From Octopus sinensis (Eukaryota): a DNA stretch of 64,000 nt. Every line of letters begins with the position of its first letter. Within the stretch, counting starts at the first letter, position 1. The translations under genes were made by a program, and so were the position numbers. Shown here one piece after another: positions 25,880 to 41,500 of the stretch. The DNA lies in NCBI RefSeq assembly GCF_006345805.1, contig NC_043011.1:3100001-3164000 (forward strand), in the 5' to 3' direction. The notes beneath the pieces were generated by a model. It searched no databases. It was not told where the DNA came from and worked only from the letters and a program-made list of their open reading frames with translations.

Positions 25880-26374
25880 TATATATATATATATATACAC
25901 ACACACATGTATACACATACACACACATGTATACACATGCACACACATGTACCCACATGCATGTGCATGAATGCACACAAATATGCATGCACATGAGTGC
26001 ACATGTGCATATGTATATAAGAACATGGACCAAAGAAAATTAGTATTTCATACATGTAGTAGAATTTATTTATCCATTTATTCAAAATAAACATCTTCTC
26101 TCTATTAATATTCACATTTTCCCATTCCATAGAAATTTGCCTAGGCAACACATCTAAGGAAAAAACTACTTGGAGCAGCAGCAGAATGAATCATTAGTTT
26201 CTAATATACACCCACCATACCACACACATACATGCACAGATGCATATGAGTGTGTACATATGTGTGTGTGTGCCGATAATTGCTTAGCTGGCTGAAACTT
26301 TGAAGTCACTGTCAACAACATTCTTGTTTAAGAATAATATATGTGTGTATGTGTATGTTTGTATGTATGGATAA

Positions 26375-26405
<31 letters not shown>

Positions 26406-26979
26406 CCCCCTCTCTCTCTCTCTACACACACATATATATATATATAATATATATATATATACACACACACATGTATACACATACACACACATGTATACAC
26501 ATGCACACACATGTACCCACATGCATGTGCATGAATGCACACAAATATGCATGCACATGAGTGCACATGTGCATATGTATATAAGAACATGGACCAAAGA
26601 AAATTAGTATTTCATACATGTAGTAGAATTTATTTATCCATTTATTCAAAATAAACATCTTCTCTCTATTAATATTCACATTTTCCCATTCCATAGAAAT
26701 TTGCCTAGGCAACACATCTAAGGAAAAAACTACTTGGAGCAGCAGCAGAATGAATCATTAGTTTCTAATATACACCCACCATACCACACACATACATGCA
26801 CAGATGCATATGAGTGTGTACATATGTGTGTGTGTGCCGATAATTGCTTAGCTGGCTGAAACTTTGAAGTCACTGTCAACAACATTCTTGTTTAAGAATA
26901 ATATATGTGTGTATGTGTATGTTTGTATGTATGGATAAATCTATCTATCTATCTATCTATCCCCCCTCTCTCTCTCTCT

Positions 26980-27025
<46 letters not shown>
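25880..27025. repeat. 564-bp direct tandem duplication bounded by (AT)n
   Basis: ORFs ending at 26151 and 26715 are identical; the copies differ only in microsatellite length. Confidence 0.95.
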
Positions 27026-27029
<4 letters not shown>

Positions 27030-27099
27030 GATGTAATAACAAAGAATCGGGAGATTAATACAAGTGAATATTTTTTTATTTTTGCCGTTCATTGTACAG

Positions 27100-27247
27100 C
27101 ATACTTGAATTAAATGTGTCCATCGAAAGTTTCTCCTGCGTAGACATCTCACATATTGCATATGCACCAATGGAAACAAGCAGTGGAAGGAAATCAACGA
27201 TTACAAATCCTAACTTAACTGGACCAGAAACAGTAACGGTAGACGAG
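27100..27247 (+). CDS. Candidate coding exon of unknown protein (ILELNVSIESFSCVDISHIAYAPMETSSGRKSTITNPNLTGPETVTVDE)
   Basis: Pyrimidine-rich acceptor ttttgccgttcattgtacag, open frame, donor gag|gttaag; no homology recognised. Confidence 0.22.
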
Positions 27248-28426
27248 GTTAAGTCAGATGGAATTTTGCAATTTTATATTGGGCATGCTTGTTGAATTTC
27301 AAGCTGAGACTGGCAAATCTTTTAGCTTCATTTAGAAATAGAAAGAAAATGCACAGCACAAGCTTAAGTGTGTTTATCTTGTCCCTAATAAATAGACGCT
27401 CTAACTTTAAGATTGAATGGCTGAGCATTACATAATCAGGGGAAAAAAGATGCAATTTATGCATAGAAGAAACATTCTATATTTTTACGTCTAAACACCA
27501 GTTGCTTAATAGTAGGTAGGAACAGACCCTAAGGTGTATGTACCTTTCCAGAATGGCATTCCAGTACTTCCAGAGAACGGATTGTAATTAAGTAATATAT
27601 CTAGTTTGTCTATATCAGGCAGTAATCAGTAATCTCCATAAATAAAACTACATATTTGAAAATTCTTGCTACACGTATAAAATAACGAAATTAGATGTAA
27701 ATTAAAACTTCATTTATATTAAGTATGATTCGGGTTGGCCACACAAGTCAGTTCTACATATCTAATATATTTAAATTATATTTGAATTAGTGACCAGTAA
27801 TTGTAGCTAATATCTCTGAAACCCATTAAATCCTAATTCAACTAAGACTAATGCCTAATGAATCATTCTCTGACCTAATTCAAGTTCTAGCATTCTTGAT
27901 TTGAAATACAAAATAGGGCCGTTATAGGGTCAACGTGACAGAAGTTTTTATAACCATATCAATTTTGCAAGTTTTCCTTTCACACTCTTTGCCCTCAAAA
28001 TCTATAGTCACTGTCACATCTAAACCTTAATAAAGGGTTTAGTTAAGCCTACATACCCTTAGTTTGCATCAGACTTTGTCAGAGGATGGATATTGAATAA
28101 AGTTGCATAGACCAGATGAATATAATTGGATGCAAATGCAAACGGGAGTCGGACACATTTAAATCAAATATGCAGTATAACTGACTGTAGAAATAAAAGA
28201 AAATTACAGATGTATTCATCTTAATTGTTTTGGATATACATTCTGTAAACTATTTATAATCCAGAAAAGGGAACAAGGATTTACCCATCGGATGAAATAT
28301 ATTGAGACTGCCTATCCAAAGTAATCCTATGTGCTCATTACCATTGGATGTAGTTAGCCGCAACTTGGATTATAACTGAGTGGTTGAATGGTACCCACCT
28401 AGATAATTTATCCCTATCTACTCACT

Positions 28427-29846
<1,420 letters not shown>

Positions 29847-30032
29847 TTTTATTGTACAATAGTTTGGAGTTGGGCTTTCAAATCTCCGAGGAACCCTGTT
29901 ACTTAAACTTTTTGATTTATATTTGTTTTTCTCAGTCCATGAATAAATTAGGTGTTTTCTCTCTGTGTTATTATCGGATATTTAATTGTGATTCACATAA
30001 TGTGTGTTGTTGTTGTTGTTATTATTATTATT

Positions 30033-30375
30033 GAGTGAGAGAGCAGTGAATGCCATCAAAGTGACACTGGGGTAAAATATATGAAGCCCAGTATACCCAT
30101 CATGACTACCTGTCTGATAAGAGTACACTAGGCACATGCATCACAACCATATGTGTGCGACATGGTGATCTCATTTCAAGATAAACAGCACATGACCTTG
30201 CTGGTGGGGCCCAGTTAGAATTTTCTTGTAGTCGAGTAGCCCATCCCACTCAAAAGGTCCTTGAATAAGAATTGTTTAAGGATGTTGAATGAACCACCCA
30301 AAGGTTTCATTATCCAAACCTCTGAGAATTCCTTTCAACACATGGCTATGATGCTCCCCCACTACTTCTGCTTGT
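30033..30375 (-). mobile_element. Family D copy 3 (5'-truncated)
   Basis: Matches 7778-8120. Confidence 0.85.
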
Positions 30376-30634
30376 AGTCAGTGCCAAGCCAAGGAGGACA
30401 GAACCTCATGGTTGGAGGGACAATATAGAAGGTAGAAGAAGGTCAGTACCAGAATAACTTTTCAAAAGTGTGTAGTGTCATAAAACAAAAAGAAAAAACC
30501 CTGTTTGGAATTTCCAAGAAAAACAATCAAGGATGTTTGCATTTCTGCTTATTCATCTCCCCCGAAGAATAATGTGCAGCTGGGTAGGCAGAAAATGACA
30601 TTGATAAAGATGAAGATTGAAAAATAACATCAAT

Positions 30635-31043
30635 GAGGCGCAGGAGTGGCTGTGTGATAAGTAGCTTGCTTACCAACCACATGGTTCTGAGTTCAGTCCC
30701 ACTGCATGGCACCTTGGGAAAGTGTCTTCTGATATAGCCCTGGGCCGACCAATGCCTTGTTAGTTGATTTGGTAGACAGAAACTGAAAGAAGCCCGTCGT
30801 ATATATGTATATAAAAATGTGTGTGCGTGTATGTTTGTGTGTCTGTGTTTGTCCCTCTAGCATTGATTGACAACCGATGCTTGTGTGTTTATGTCCCCGT
30901 TACTTAGCGGCTCGGCAAAAGAGACCGATAGAATAAGTACTGGGATTACAAAAGAATAAGTCCCGGGGTCGAGTTGCTCGATTAAAGGCGGTGCTCCAGC
31001 ATGGCCGCAGTCAAATGACTGAAACAGGTAAAAGAGTAAAAGA
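30635..31043 (+). mobile_element. SINE family A
   Basis: Full length. Confidence 0.92.
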
Positions 31044-31407
31044 ATGACCAAACAGAGAAGATCCTATTTGAATGTATGGCTGTTGCACAAGACTGCAGAG
31101 TATGGAAATTAGAGGTGGTTGTGTCTGAGGTCCCTAATCCTTATCCATATATCCTATATCAGTTTAATGTATTCAATACACCGTAACAGAATTGGTCTCA
31201 CTACAGACTATTTGATGAACTAATTCTTCATTGTGTTTGTATGTCAGTGGCAGAATATTCCGCATACATGTATATATACTTATTAAATTTTTTAGGGTGA
31301 ATCGTGATGACATTCTGTGGAACAAAATTATGATAGGGATTGTTATTATAAAATATTGATGGGATTCCATTATTATGAAGTAAATTCTTAACCGCTCCTC
31401 CATACAT

Positions 31408-31612
31408 GCATGTTCACACACACACACACACACACACACTCACAAACACACACACACACACACACATACACACTCACAAACACACACACACACATACACA
31501 CTCACAAACACACACACACACTCACAAACACACACACATACACACTCACAAACACACACACACTCACAAACACACACATACACACACACACACACACATA
31601 CACACACACAAA
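31408..31612. repeat. (CA)n with recurring CTCACAAA interruptions (higher-order minisatellite)
   Basis: Direct reading. Confidence 0.9.
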
Positions 31613-32802
31613 CATGCACAAACATGGGACTGAGTATGAATCTTTATTCTAAGCCCTATTGCTTTGTTCGGGTTGCATCGTCATCTGATATGTTTCTATT
31701 TAGCACCGTATCATAAATGTTCAAGAAGGTGGTGATGGCGGTGAAAGAGGAGATGGAGCTGGTGGGGGATGGGACAGTGGCGATGGGGGTGATTCCACCT
31801 TGTTGTTTTGTTGTGTCTATAAAACTCATATCTATGTATCAGTGAACAAAGGCATACAGTAATGGATATTTATTCTAAATCTCCGATAAATTCCTTCAAT
31901 AGCTATTTCATCTAAATCTTGGATAAACCATCATTACATGTTAGTTGTTGTCTTTCTCTTTTTTCCCTGCTTTTCTTCCCAGTTTTTTTTTTTTTTTTTT
32001 TTTCAATGTTAACAATTTATAAAAGATATCGGTAGAAGTTCTGCTTCAACAAGACTTCAGTGCATTCAATTTTGTTTATGGTTGTTATTTTGTTGTTGTT
32101 GATGTACTTGTTTTCCTTATCAGGTTTCTCGTAATTTTTTTTTTTTTACCGAAATATATCTGGAAGAATTATATCAACTATTTCCCTTCTTGGTTTCTTT
32201 TTGTTTTTCCTATTTTAGTTTTGTATTTTTACCCCCCTCTTCACTTATCTTTATTGTTGTTGTTATTGATAATATCTACATTATAATTCACGCTATTTTG
32301 CAGTATATTGTGTATGTCTTATTGCATCATCTATCTCAGCTCCATGTGCTGCGGGTGTATACAGTTTTGCTCAAACTTTGTTTTCATGTGTGCGTTCACA
32401 CAAACACACACACACACACACACGCACACACACACATACACACACACGCGCACACACACGCACACATATTGTTTCTTTTTTTTATACATATCTTTATTAT
32501 GTATTTTACTAGCATGGTTAGAAGTTTCTTCTGTGTTCTGTGTATGACTGCACCATTCATATTTTGGTATGTGTCATTAGGGTAATCTTGACATAATGTG
32601 CCTATTTCTGTGTATCTTTATTATTATCTGCTACTGTTAGTAATGTTCTGAATTTGTTACCATCCACCATCAACTTTACATTGCAGATATTTTCCAGTCT
32701 AAGTTATATGTATTTTTACAGCCTTTTTATTTATTCATTTTCAGTTTTCTGCGATAGATATTTTCGCCCCAGTGGGATTGTACCATCTATTAGCATGTAT
32801 CA

Positions 32803-32812
32803 TAATAATAAC

Positions 32813-32855
<43 letters not shown>

Positions 32856-32864
32856 GTAGTAGTA

Positions 32865-32917
<53 letters not shown>

Positions 32918-33035
32918 GATAATAACAGTGATAAAAAAAAATAATAATAATAATGATAATAACAGTGATATAAATAATAATAATGATGATGATGATGATG
33001 ATGATGATGACAAAAACAACAACAACAACAACAGT
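32803..33035. repeat. (AAT)n/(GAT)n/(AAC)n compound microsatellite
   Basis: Direct reading. Confidence 0.95.
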
Positions 33036-33691
33036 ATGCTGGCAGTTTTTTTTTACTTCATTGTTGATATGTAGAAGTATAACCTATGGGTTTAGACAGA
33101 TATGTGTGGTTATGAATTTCAATTCACAATCTTATGATTCTGAGTTCAAACATTTCACAGGATACTTCTCTGTACCTTTTACATTTGCCTAGCTTTTACC
33201 AATAGTTTTGTAAATAAAACTTGGTAAATGAAAGCAATTGCAAGATTTGGCTGAAGGCAAATTGGAAGGCTTAGTTATGTACACATGATAGTAAACAAAG
33301 GTTGTGAGTCTTCTGTCCTGAATAGGAAGTAAATTGAAAAAAGAAAACAAGGAAAACAGATGAGCTGCTGAGAGCAGTAGAGAGATGCAATGAGAACAGT
33401 GATGCTGAAGACTACAACTGCTATATCCACAGTACCACCAGTCATAGGTCCAAGAGTAGCCTGGGTGGAGTCTCCTAATTTTCAGTGATACCAGCACCAG
33501 GGATTTATGAGGTTGAGTACCATGAAGCCAAGGCTGTCTCTTCCCCCAGCACAACACCTACTTTCACCTAATTGTCTTGCAATGATGGGCAAGAAATGTA
33601 GCCAAGAGTAGAGTGGGTAAAAGTTCTATCTATATACATAAAAAAAACTTAACCTATTTTTTTTTACCCTTGCAATATTTTCACATTGCAG

Positions 33692-33845
33692 GGTGGCTAG
33701 CTGGAAGAATCATTAGCATGCCAAGCAAAATGCTTAGTGGCATTTTGTCTATCTTAATTGTCTGAGTTCAAATTCTGCTGAGGTCGATTTTGCTTTTCAT
33801 TTTTTCCGTGTTGATAAAATAAGTACCAGTTGAACACTGGGGTCA
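33692..33845 (+). mobile_element. SINE family C
   Basis: gagttcaaattctgctgaggtcgattttgc...gataaaataagtacc. Confidence 0.8.
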
Positions 33846-34671
33846 AAATTTGGAATCGGTTTTTACACATTGCAAGATTGTTGTTTTTAAAATAGCTAAA
33901 AGAGGTGTTATCTCTTCTGGGTCCCCGACATGCTGCTGCGGGATTGCCTGCAGGCGGAAAGAGATTTGATCGGGGATGTTTGATAAGAGGCTTAGCACCT
34001 CAATTGATGTTAATGTAAGAGGTTAATTACCTCATTTGTGTTTGTTTTTGTTTGTTTTTTTTAAATAAAAAATTAAAAAAAGAACAGTGTTCTCGAGAGA
34101 CATCATTTTGCTTCTCTCATTAATATCATTATTTAGTTCATCATTTCATCTCGTTTGTGTAATTGTCCAGCCCGCCCTTGCTTCTATCTTTGTAATGCCT
34201 TTATGGCAAATCTGATGAAATATAGAAGAGGTGTTTGTCATACTAGTGGTAGCACCAACAAATACAGCCCTAACAATCAATCAAACAGGCAGAAAACTTA
34301 ATCGCTTCAACATGAACAATAGAAGACATGAAAGGAATCATGTTAGAACAAAAAGTAGTTTAAATCTTGAAATGCTGAAAGAAAAGCAGTTTAAATGAAA
34401 ATATGTAACAAAATAAAAATGGACAGCACCATCAACAACAAACCAACTCTCTACAATCATTTTCTAACAGAGCGGAAAAAAGAGAGCAACTAGATTTGAG
34501 CAAGATCAAGGAAAAAAAAAAAAAGTGTATAAAGCATATCACGAAATAGAATACAAGCATGTATCATTGTTTTTTGATCAAAACAAAGGAGCTTTCCTAT
34601 TGTCTCAAAGGTAGAGTCAGAGAAAGCTTTCATAGATGTGTTTTACATCAACCATAAAGCACATATAGAAA

Positions 34672-34834
34672 TGTAGGAGTGGCTGTGTGGTAAGTAGCTT
34701 GTTTACCAACCACATGGTTTCGGGTTCAGTCCCACTGCGTTGCATCTTGGACAAGTGTCTTCTGCTATAGCCTTGGGCCGACCAATGCCTTGTGAGTAGA
34801 TTTGGTAGACGGAAACTGAAAGAAGCCCGTCGTA

Positions 34835-34886
<52 letters not shown>

Positions 34887-35100
34887 TGTGTGTGTTTGTG
34901 TGTCTGTGTTTGTCCCCCTTGACAACCGATGCTGGTGTGTTTATGTCCCCGTTACTTAGCGGTTTGGCAAAAGTGACTGATAGAATAAGTACTGGGCTTA
35001 CAAAAGAATAAGTCCTGGGGGTCGATTTGCTCGACTAAAGGCGGTGCTCCAGCATGACTGCAGTCAAATGACTGAAACAAGTAAAAGAGTAAAAGAGTAA
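34672..35100 (+). mobile_element. SINE family A
   Basis: Full length, with expanded internal (TA)n. Confidence 0.92.
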
Positions 35101-35439
35101 GGTTTTTCTCTTTTAACCAAGGCCAAAATAAGAGGATAGGTGAAATTGTAACATCACATGCCTGCTATTGGAACTAAGAAATTCCAGAATTACAATCAGA
35201 GACAGCATAAATGTCAATCCTTGATTTATCAACTTAGTGCAAACAATATACAAATAGTGAGTACAACAGTGATCTGCAGCAATTTATGTTAAGGTGGGGT
35301 TGTCTGTATGGCATCTAGCTTCTGTTGATCCTTGAAGACCACTTAGCTATCTTGGTACTGTAATCCACCAATGGAGTAACAGCTAAGTCAGGAAGACTAT
35401 TGATGTAGAGCAGAAAACTCAGTACTAGAGAGAAAGAAA

Positions 35440-35595
35440 GAGAGAGAGAGAGAGAGAGAGAGTGTGTGTGTGTGCATGTCTCTGTGTGTGTGTGCATGTC
35501 TGTGTGTGTGTGTGCATGTCTGTGTGTGTGTGAGTGCATGTGTGTGTGTGTGCATGTCTGTGTGTGTGTGCGAGTGCATGCATGCATATGTGTGT
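35440..35595. repeat. (AG)n followed by ~18-bp (TG)nCATGTC minisatellite
   Basis: Direct reading. Confidence 0.9.
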
Positions 35596-36083
35596 AAAGA
35601 AAGAACATGCCTAATTTGGTTTATCAGGTCACTGGGGCACAGCTAAATAGTTTGTCTTTATGCAACTTGGTGACAGCCAATCATTGTAAGATACGTGCTT
35701 ATAGAATATATGCGTATCAATAGATATCACATAAAATGGATCAAATACGTTTCCATAATGGACTTTTCACACACTTAAAATTGTATGGAATTGCTCAACC
35801 AGTATGTCTTTCGAAACCAATACCTCATGTTGCCATTAATAATAGAATCTGTAGAATCTTAGGAGACCTCCTAAACAAGTGATAAAAATTCGTTTGCCAC
35901 CCAACCATTACACAAAAATCACTCAATTTTGTGAATATTTATTTGATAGCAAACTATTAGTTGGCTATAGCAAGAACATTCAATGCATGTAGTAGTTGAA
36001 GAAAAATGCTTCATACTAAAATCAAAATTAGATCACAGACTGAGCTCAGTGAGAACTTAGCACTTAGTGGTATTTGGATGGAT

Positions 36084-36465
36084 GGAAGCACTCCGTCGGT
36101 TACGACAACGAGGGTTCCGGTTGATCCGATCAACGGAACAGCCTGCTTGTGAAATTAACGTGTAAGTGGCTGAGCACTCCACAGACATGTGTACCCTTAA
36201 CGTAGTTCTTGGGGATATTCAGCGTGACACAGAGAGTGACAAGGCCGACCCCTTGAAATACAGGTACAACAGAAACAGGAAGTAAGAGTGAGAGAAAGTT
36301 ATGGTGAAAGAGTACAGCAGGGATCACCACCATCCCCTGTCAGAGCCTCGTGGAGCTTTATGTGTTTTCGCTCAATAAACACTAACAACGCCCGGTCTGG
36401 GAATCGAAACCGCGATCCTATGACCGCGAGTCCGCTGCCCTAACCACTGGGCCATTGCGCCTCCA
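36084..36465 (-). mobile_element. SINE family B1 with target-site duplication
   Basis: Reverse of 56060-56442; cactt(a)gtggtattt at 36061-36075 and 36464-36477. Confidence 0.93.
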
Positions 36466-38111
36466 CTTGTGGTATTTACACTAGTCAACAAGAGAGCCTT
36501 TTCATAAGTGTTTCACTTGCTAGAAATAGTGGCTAAAGCTCCCTTAAATTACTCCCTTCTGTCTTAAAAATATAAGAATTTGTTAGATAATTTAGTCCTA
36601 GATATACTCGACCTGAAAAAAAAGGAAAAAAGACAGAATAGTCAGGGTTTGAATACCTATGACACCACAAGTCATTTCACTCAGAGCTGAGCTGGAGTTA
36701 GAGAATCACAGCTTATGAATTTGCGTGCATCATATGGTGTCACTGTATCTATATGAAGATATTTTCCTTTTGAAAAAATGTTTGTAATTTTTAAAAATCC
36801 TTATAGGTCTATTTTAAATGTTTAAACTAGAAGTTATCAGTTTTGAAACTGAACTAGAGATCACATTTCACATAGAAAGTAAAAAACTCTGATAAATTTC
36901 ACTTGAAAACTTTTTTTAAAAGTTTAGAGTTAAAACATAAGAAAATTAGAAAAAATTGAAAACTGTTTCTTGTGTTGTTTTTCAAGATACTCAGGTATTA
37001 GCTGGGATTTTCTAAAGCTTTAGATTATATTTGCTATTTTTTTCTGTTCTCTCTTTTGCTGGTATATTTACTTTCCTTAAATATGTACATGGCCAGGTAT
37101 TCAAATAATCGACAGTTGTTTATTATTTTATGACAAATAATTATCTATTATCAGAAAAACACATACTCAGTTTCTTTAATCCAATTTCTATTTTTTCATT
37201 GAAATAGTTGAAGGTTTGATAAACTATCAGTAAGAAGAGAATACTTTTTACAGGATATTTATTCGACAGAATCTAATGATTTTATCATTCTCCACCACAG
37301 TGCATCAAATGTTATAAAATCATAACGTAATCTGAAGCTCAAATTTGTATCATTACTGTGAAAGGTTCAAATAGCCCCACACCCAATCTTGTTATCTGAA
37401 TGTAACCCATCTGTATAACTGATCCACTTGTTAAGACAGCGCATTGTATAATGCTGTGGTATTGTTTTGTTTCTTCTGTAGTGTTGATTTATATTCATTA
37501 TTTTTCAAATTCTTCTAACCATGGAGACAGCCAAATATCATACTGCTTTCATTTCTGTTTAAACTGAGCAGTTAACAATTTATGCTTTCTAGATTCTTCT
37601 GTTAACATGTTAGTAGGGGTCAGCTCTGCTTCATGTAAAAATATCTCTTTTGGTAGTAGATATTAAATGACCCAATAGAGTTTTTCCTATTTGAGTACAT
37701 ATCTCCCCTTATTTAGCTGCCATACAAAACCTTGAGCGTTGATAACTCTCTTGTTATACAACCTAAAGTGTTTATAATTAGACAATGGTATTTTTGTCTA
37801 TATAACTTTAATAATGTTGTCATCTTGAGGTTATTTTTTTCTCCATTAAAAACTAGAAATGAGTGTCTCATTTCAAATCAGGTTAAAACCAAATACTGAA
37901 AATCTTTTAGTCTACATTTCTTCTGCGCTTTTGATTGCTAGTTCATTAAACATGTTTTAAGACATTAATAATTGATATATTTTGAGTTACAGATATGTAT
38001 CAGTTTTGTTTTATAGGCATCATATTGTTGACCAATTTTCGTTTGCTCTTTTACATGTTAATAGGATTATACTCTTCTTAAGTGTTAAGTTTTTATCCTT
38101 AGAGTGTATCT

Positions 38112-38505
38112 CTTTACTCTTTTACTTGTTTCAGTCATTTGACTGCGGCCATGCTGGAGCACCGCCTTTAATCGAGCAACTCGACCCCGGGACTTACTCT
38201 TTTGTAAGCCCAGTACTTATTCTATCGGTCTCTTTTGCCGAACCGCTAAGTAACGGGGACATAAACACACCAACATCGGTTGTCAAGCAATGCTAGGGGG
38301 ACAAACACAGACACATAAACACATACACATATATATATATACATATATACGACGGGCTTCTTTCAGTTTCCGTCTACCAAATCCACTCACAAGGCTTTGG
38401 TCGGCCCGAGGCTATAGTAGAAGACACTTTCCCAAGGTGCCACGCAGTGGGACTGAACCCGGAACCATGTGGTTGGTAAACAAGCTACTTACCACACAGC
38501 CACTA
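38112..38505 (-). mobile_element. SINE family A
   Basis: Young reverse copy. Confidence 0.93.
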
Positions 38506-41500
38506 TTTATATTTACACAATACATTGCAGTCAATTTGATTGTGCATTATCTTCAGATGTCATTGTTCCAGGCTTGATACAAAGTAACTTTTATTCCTTA
38601 ACTGCATACACATTCAAGAATAAGACACCTGGTAACAAACGAGATCTAACTGATCAAAACATCGTCGATGTGACCATTGTAATTACATACCCTAAGGATG
38701 CAATGAATTGACATTTTCTTTTCTTTATATATCGTTAAAAGATTGCTTAAGTCTATAAATTGAGACAAATATGAATTTATGCATCACAAAACGATGTTAT
38801 GGTTTAACAGTTTTTGAAATACATTTATTGAATATTCGGCAACTACATTTTCGCATGAAACCATGCAGAAACCATTCACATACTTTTACAGCAGACTATT
38901 CTTAATAAACACGCATCTATTTGTGGAGTGAATCTCATCCGGTTTACAATGAAATGAGTCTGATTTTCAGTGCGGTAATTGATAACTCTATACAAACTCA
39001 TTTTGTTGATCATGAAGGCAAATCTAACCTCAATGAAATTTGAACACAGATTAATTTTGAGGTATGAATATGGTCTTGTGGAGCATTTATTTACTTAGGC
39101 TTTCACAGAACCAACTTTACTCTACAATCAGTGAAGATATATCCTTAAATTATAGGTAACATGTTATAACAGTATTTTCATATGAAAAATTGCTTTGTAT
39201 TCTGATGCATAAATATTATCCATGAATATGGATGTTATTTCTTTTTTCTTTTCTTTTTCATATTTCCCCCTTTGGAAATAACCAATTTTAGGTAAGTAGA
39301 TGAACATCTTTTCAAACATAATATTGTCTTCCATTACATAACAATATTGTTTGTTGCATCATAAACTTATTACTTTTTTATCAATTTGTTGGTTGTTGTT
39401 ATATGATATCTAAAATTTGATAAAGAATGAATTAGGCCAATATCATATGATGTATCATTCCTGTTCACAACATGTATCGTTCATTGTTATAAATTATTTC
39501 ATTCATTATTTCCAACAATATCATAATAACACTATTAACATATTGTTATTGAAAAACATATAGCTATGGTACTGAATGTACATCATTTAAAAGTTTTTTT
39601 GCATTATTTCCTATTGAAATTATTTAAGCATATTTGTTCTGGCACTTAAAATAATTCTTTATTCATCACAAAGATTTGCTACCATTTTTCTTTTTTGTAT
39701 ATAAAGCAATAACTACTGCTAAAGTATATTTAGCAGAATACATCACCTTACATAATAAACTTATTTCATTAATATTATCTCTGTGAGGCTTTTAGAAATA
39801 ACATTTTACCCACTTTTTTCAAATATTTGCTAAAATAATCTCAATAATAACATTCATGTGCTTTGTATAAGACATGATGCCTGAAAGTCTAAGATGCTGG
39901 ACAACTGGTAATGCTGTTGTAAATTCAAATCTTATTAATGCAACAAAAGAAAATAATTAAAATCTAAGGAATCTGATGATGGTATGCATTGGAAACAAAT
40001 ACTAAAGAAAATGGTTGGGGAAGGAAAAATTCAAATGAATGCAGTTTGTAAAATAAACTTGTGTACTGCAAAGAGAGATATTTTGAAGGGGATCCTTTTT
40101 CAGATTTCCCTTCATCTCATAAAAAACCCTTAAAATTTAACCTGTTTTACGAATTTCATTTACCAGAGCATCAATTTTTAATCTTATGTATAATTAGTAA
40201 TTATGCTTAATTACTAATTTGATTCAGTTTTGACAGACTGATATAAAAAAACTTTCACTTGCACTTCATTGTTCAAGGATTTATGATTGATTTAGTGTTT
40301 AATGAAGCTTATCCAACAGTAATGATAAATGTGATAATAATATGTAAACATCCACTTAAGTTGGAAGGTAAACATTGGTGCAAAATAGCAAAGGAAAGAA
40401 ATGTCCGGCAAACTGTCTGTACTGAAGTGCCTAGAGAACATAAGATGGATAACCAAGATAATTAAATGTGATTTGGGCACATCTGGAGAGGATTCATGGA
40501 AATTGCTAAGCTGAGAGCATACAAAGCATATGATAATTTGATGTGTAAGTTGTTCGAGTGTTGAGGGTTTATGATGTCATTTTGATCTCTTGTAACACAA
40601 AGTCTTTGTATTTTGGTATTGCTGATGTGACTGCAAAATGTAATTAGCATAGTTAATATGAAGCATAAAAATTAGTGTCAGGCAGTAATTTAAGTTCACA
40701 GTTGTTATAGTGTAGAGTTTACTTATTTCTCTTGTTTAACCCTAAGTTACATATGATCATGCAAACCTATGTTCATAGTTGTTCCACTTATGATGAACCT
40801 GTCATTTGTATATCTCGGACAACATAATTCTTTCTATTTTTTATAAGAACCTAATCTGAGAGGGATTTCGCTGTTAGTTCTAGCAAGTCAAATGATTGCA
40901 TTAGGGATTCCTTGTTTGATTTAGGTAGTAAATGAGTATGGCCAGTAACAAAGTAGGTTTTATTTTAGCACGAAATATAGGCAAACTTTCTTCACAACCA
41001 CACAGTTACAAAATAACCAAACTTACATTTTGAAGGCTAGGTATCCTCTTCCGAGAATATCTGCAGGTACGCACATCTCTATCATAATCAGGAGAAATTT
41101 GTATTTTAGTAAGTCACACAAATTACTAAACTCTTCTTCCCACTCATGTGTTCATCTAACTCTAATGACAATACTTCTTCCTTTAACTGTAGATATTTGA
41201 TGGCTAAAGAGTCCTCTGGTGGTGGGGGTGAAGGTGGTAATAGGAGAATTTCTACTCATTCTTTTCAACTGTCTTTTCTATCTCCAGTATTTAAAATTTG
41301 TCTCCACACAGCTGCTGCAAAATAGTGCAGTAAATAATAACATCCTCAAGATTTTCAGGCGTGATTTTTGTACTCCTCCAGAGTGCTCTTCATTTGATTT
41401 GTATAGTCCTTCTTTGGCTCCGCAGCTGAACCTTGATCATTAGTATAACTAGTTGATACTATTTTGTAGGGAACCAACATGAGAACATCTTTATTATGTG

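Noticed and set aside
33370-33570. Possible 5' UTR of a CR1-like LINE on minus
   Set aside because: Based only on recollection; no second copy or ORF in the window.
38522-39155. Short open frames with plausible splice sites at 38557 and 39108
   Set aside because: Too short or interrupted to distinguish from chance.
39968-40005. CTGATGA...GAAAC as a hammerhead
   Set aside because: Poor stem II, no stem III or UH site, no stem I.
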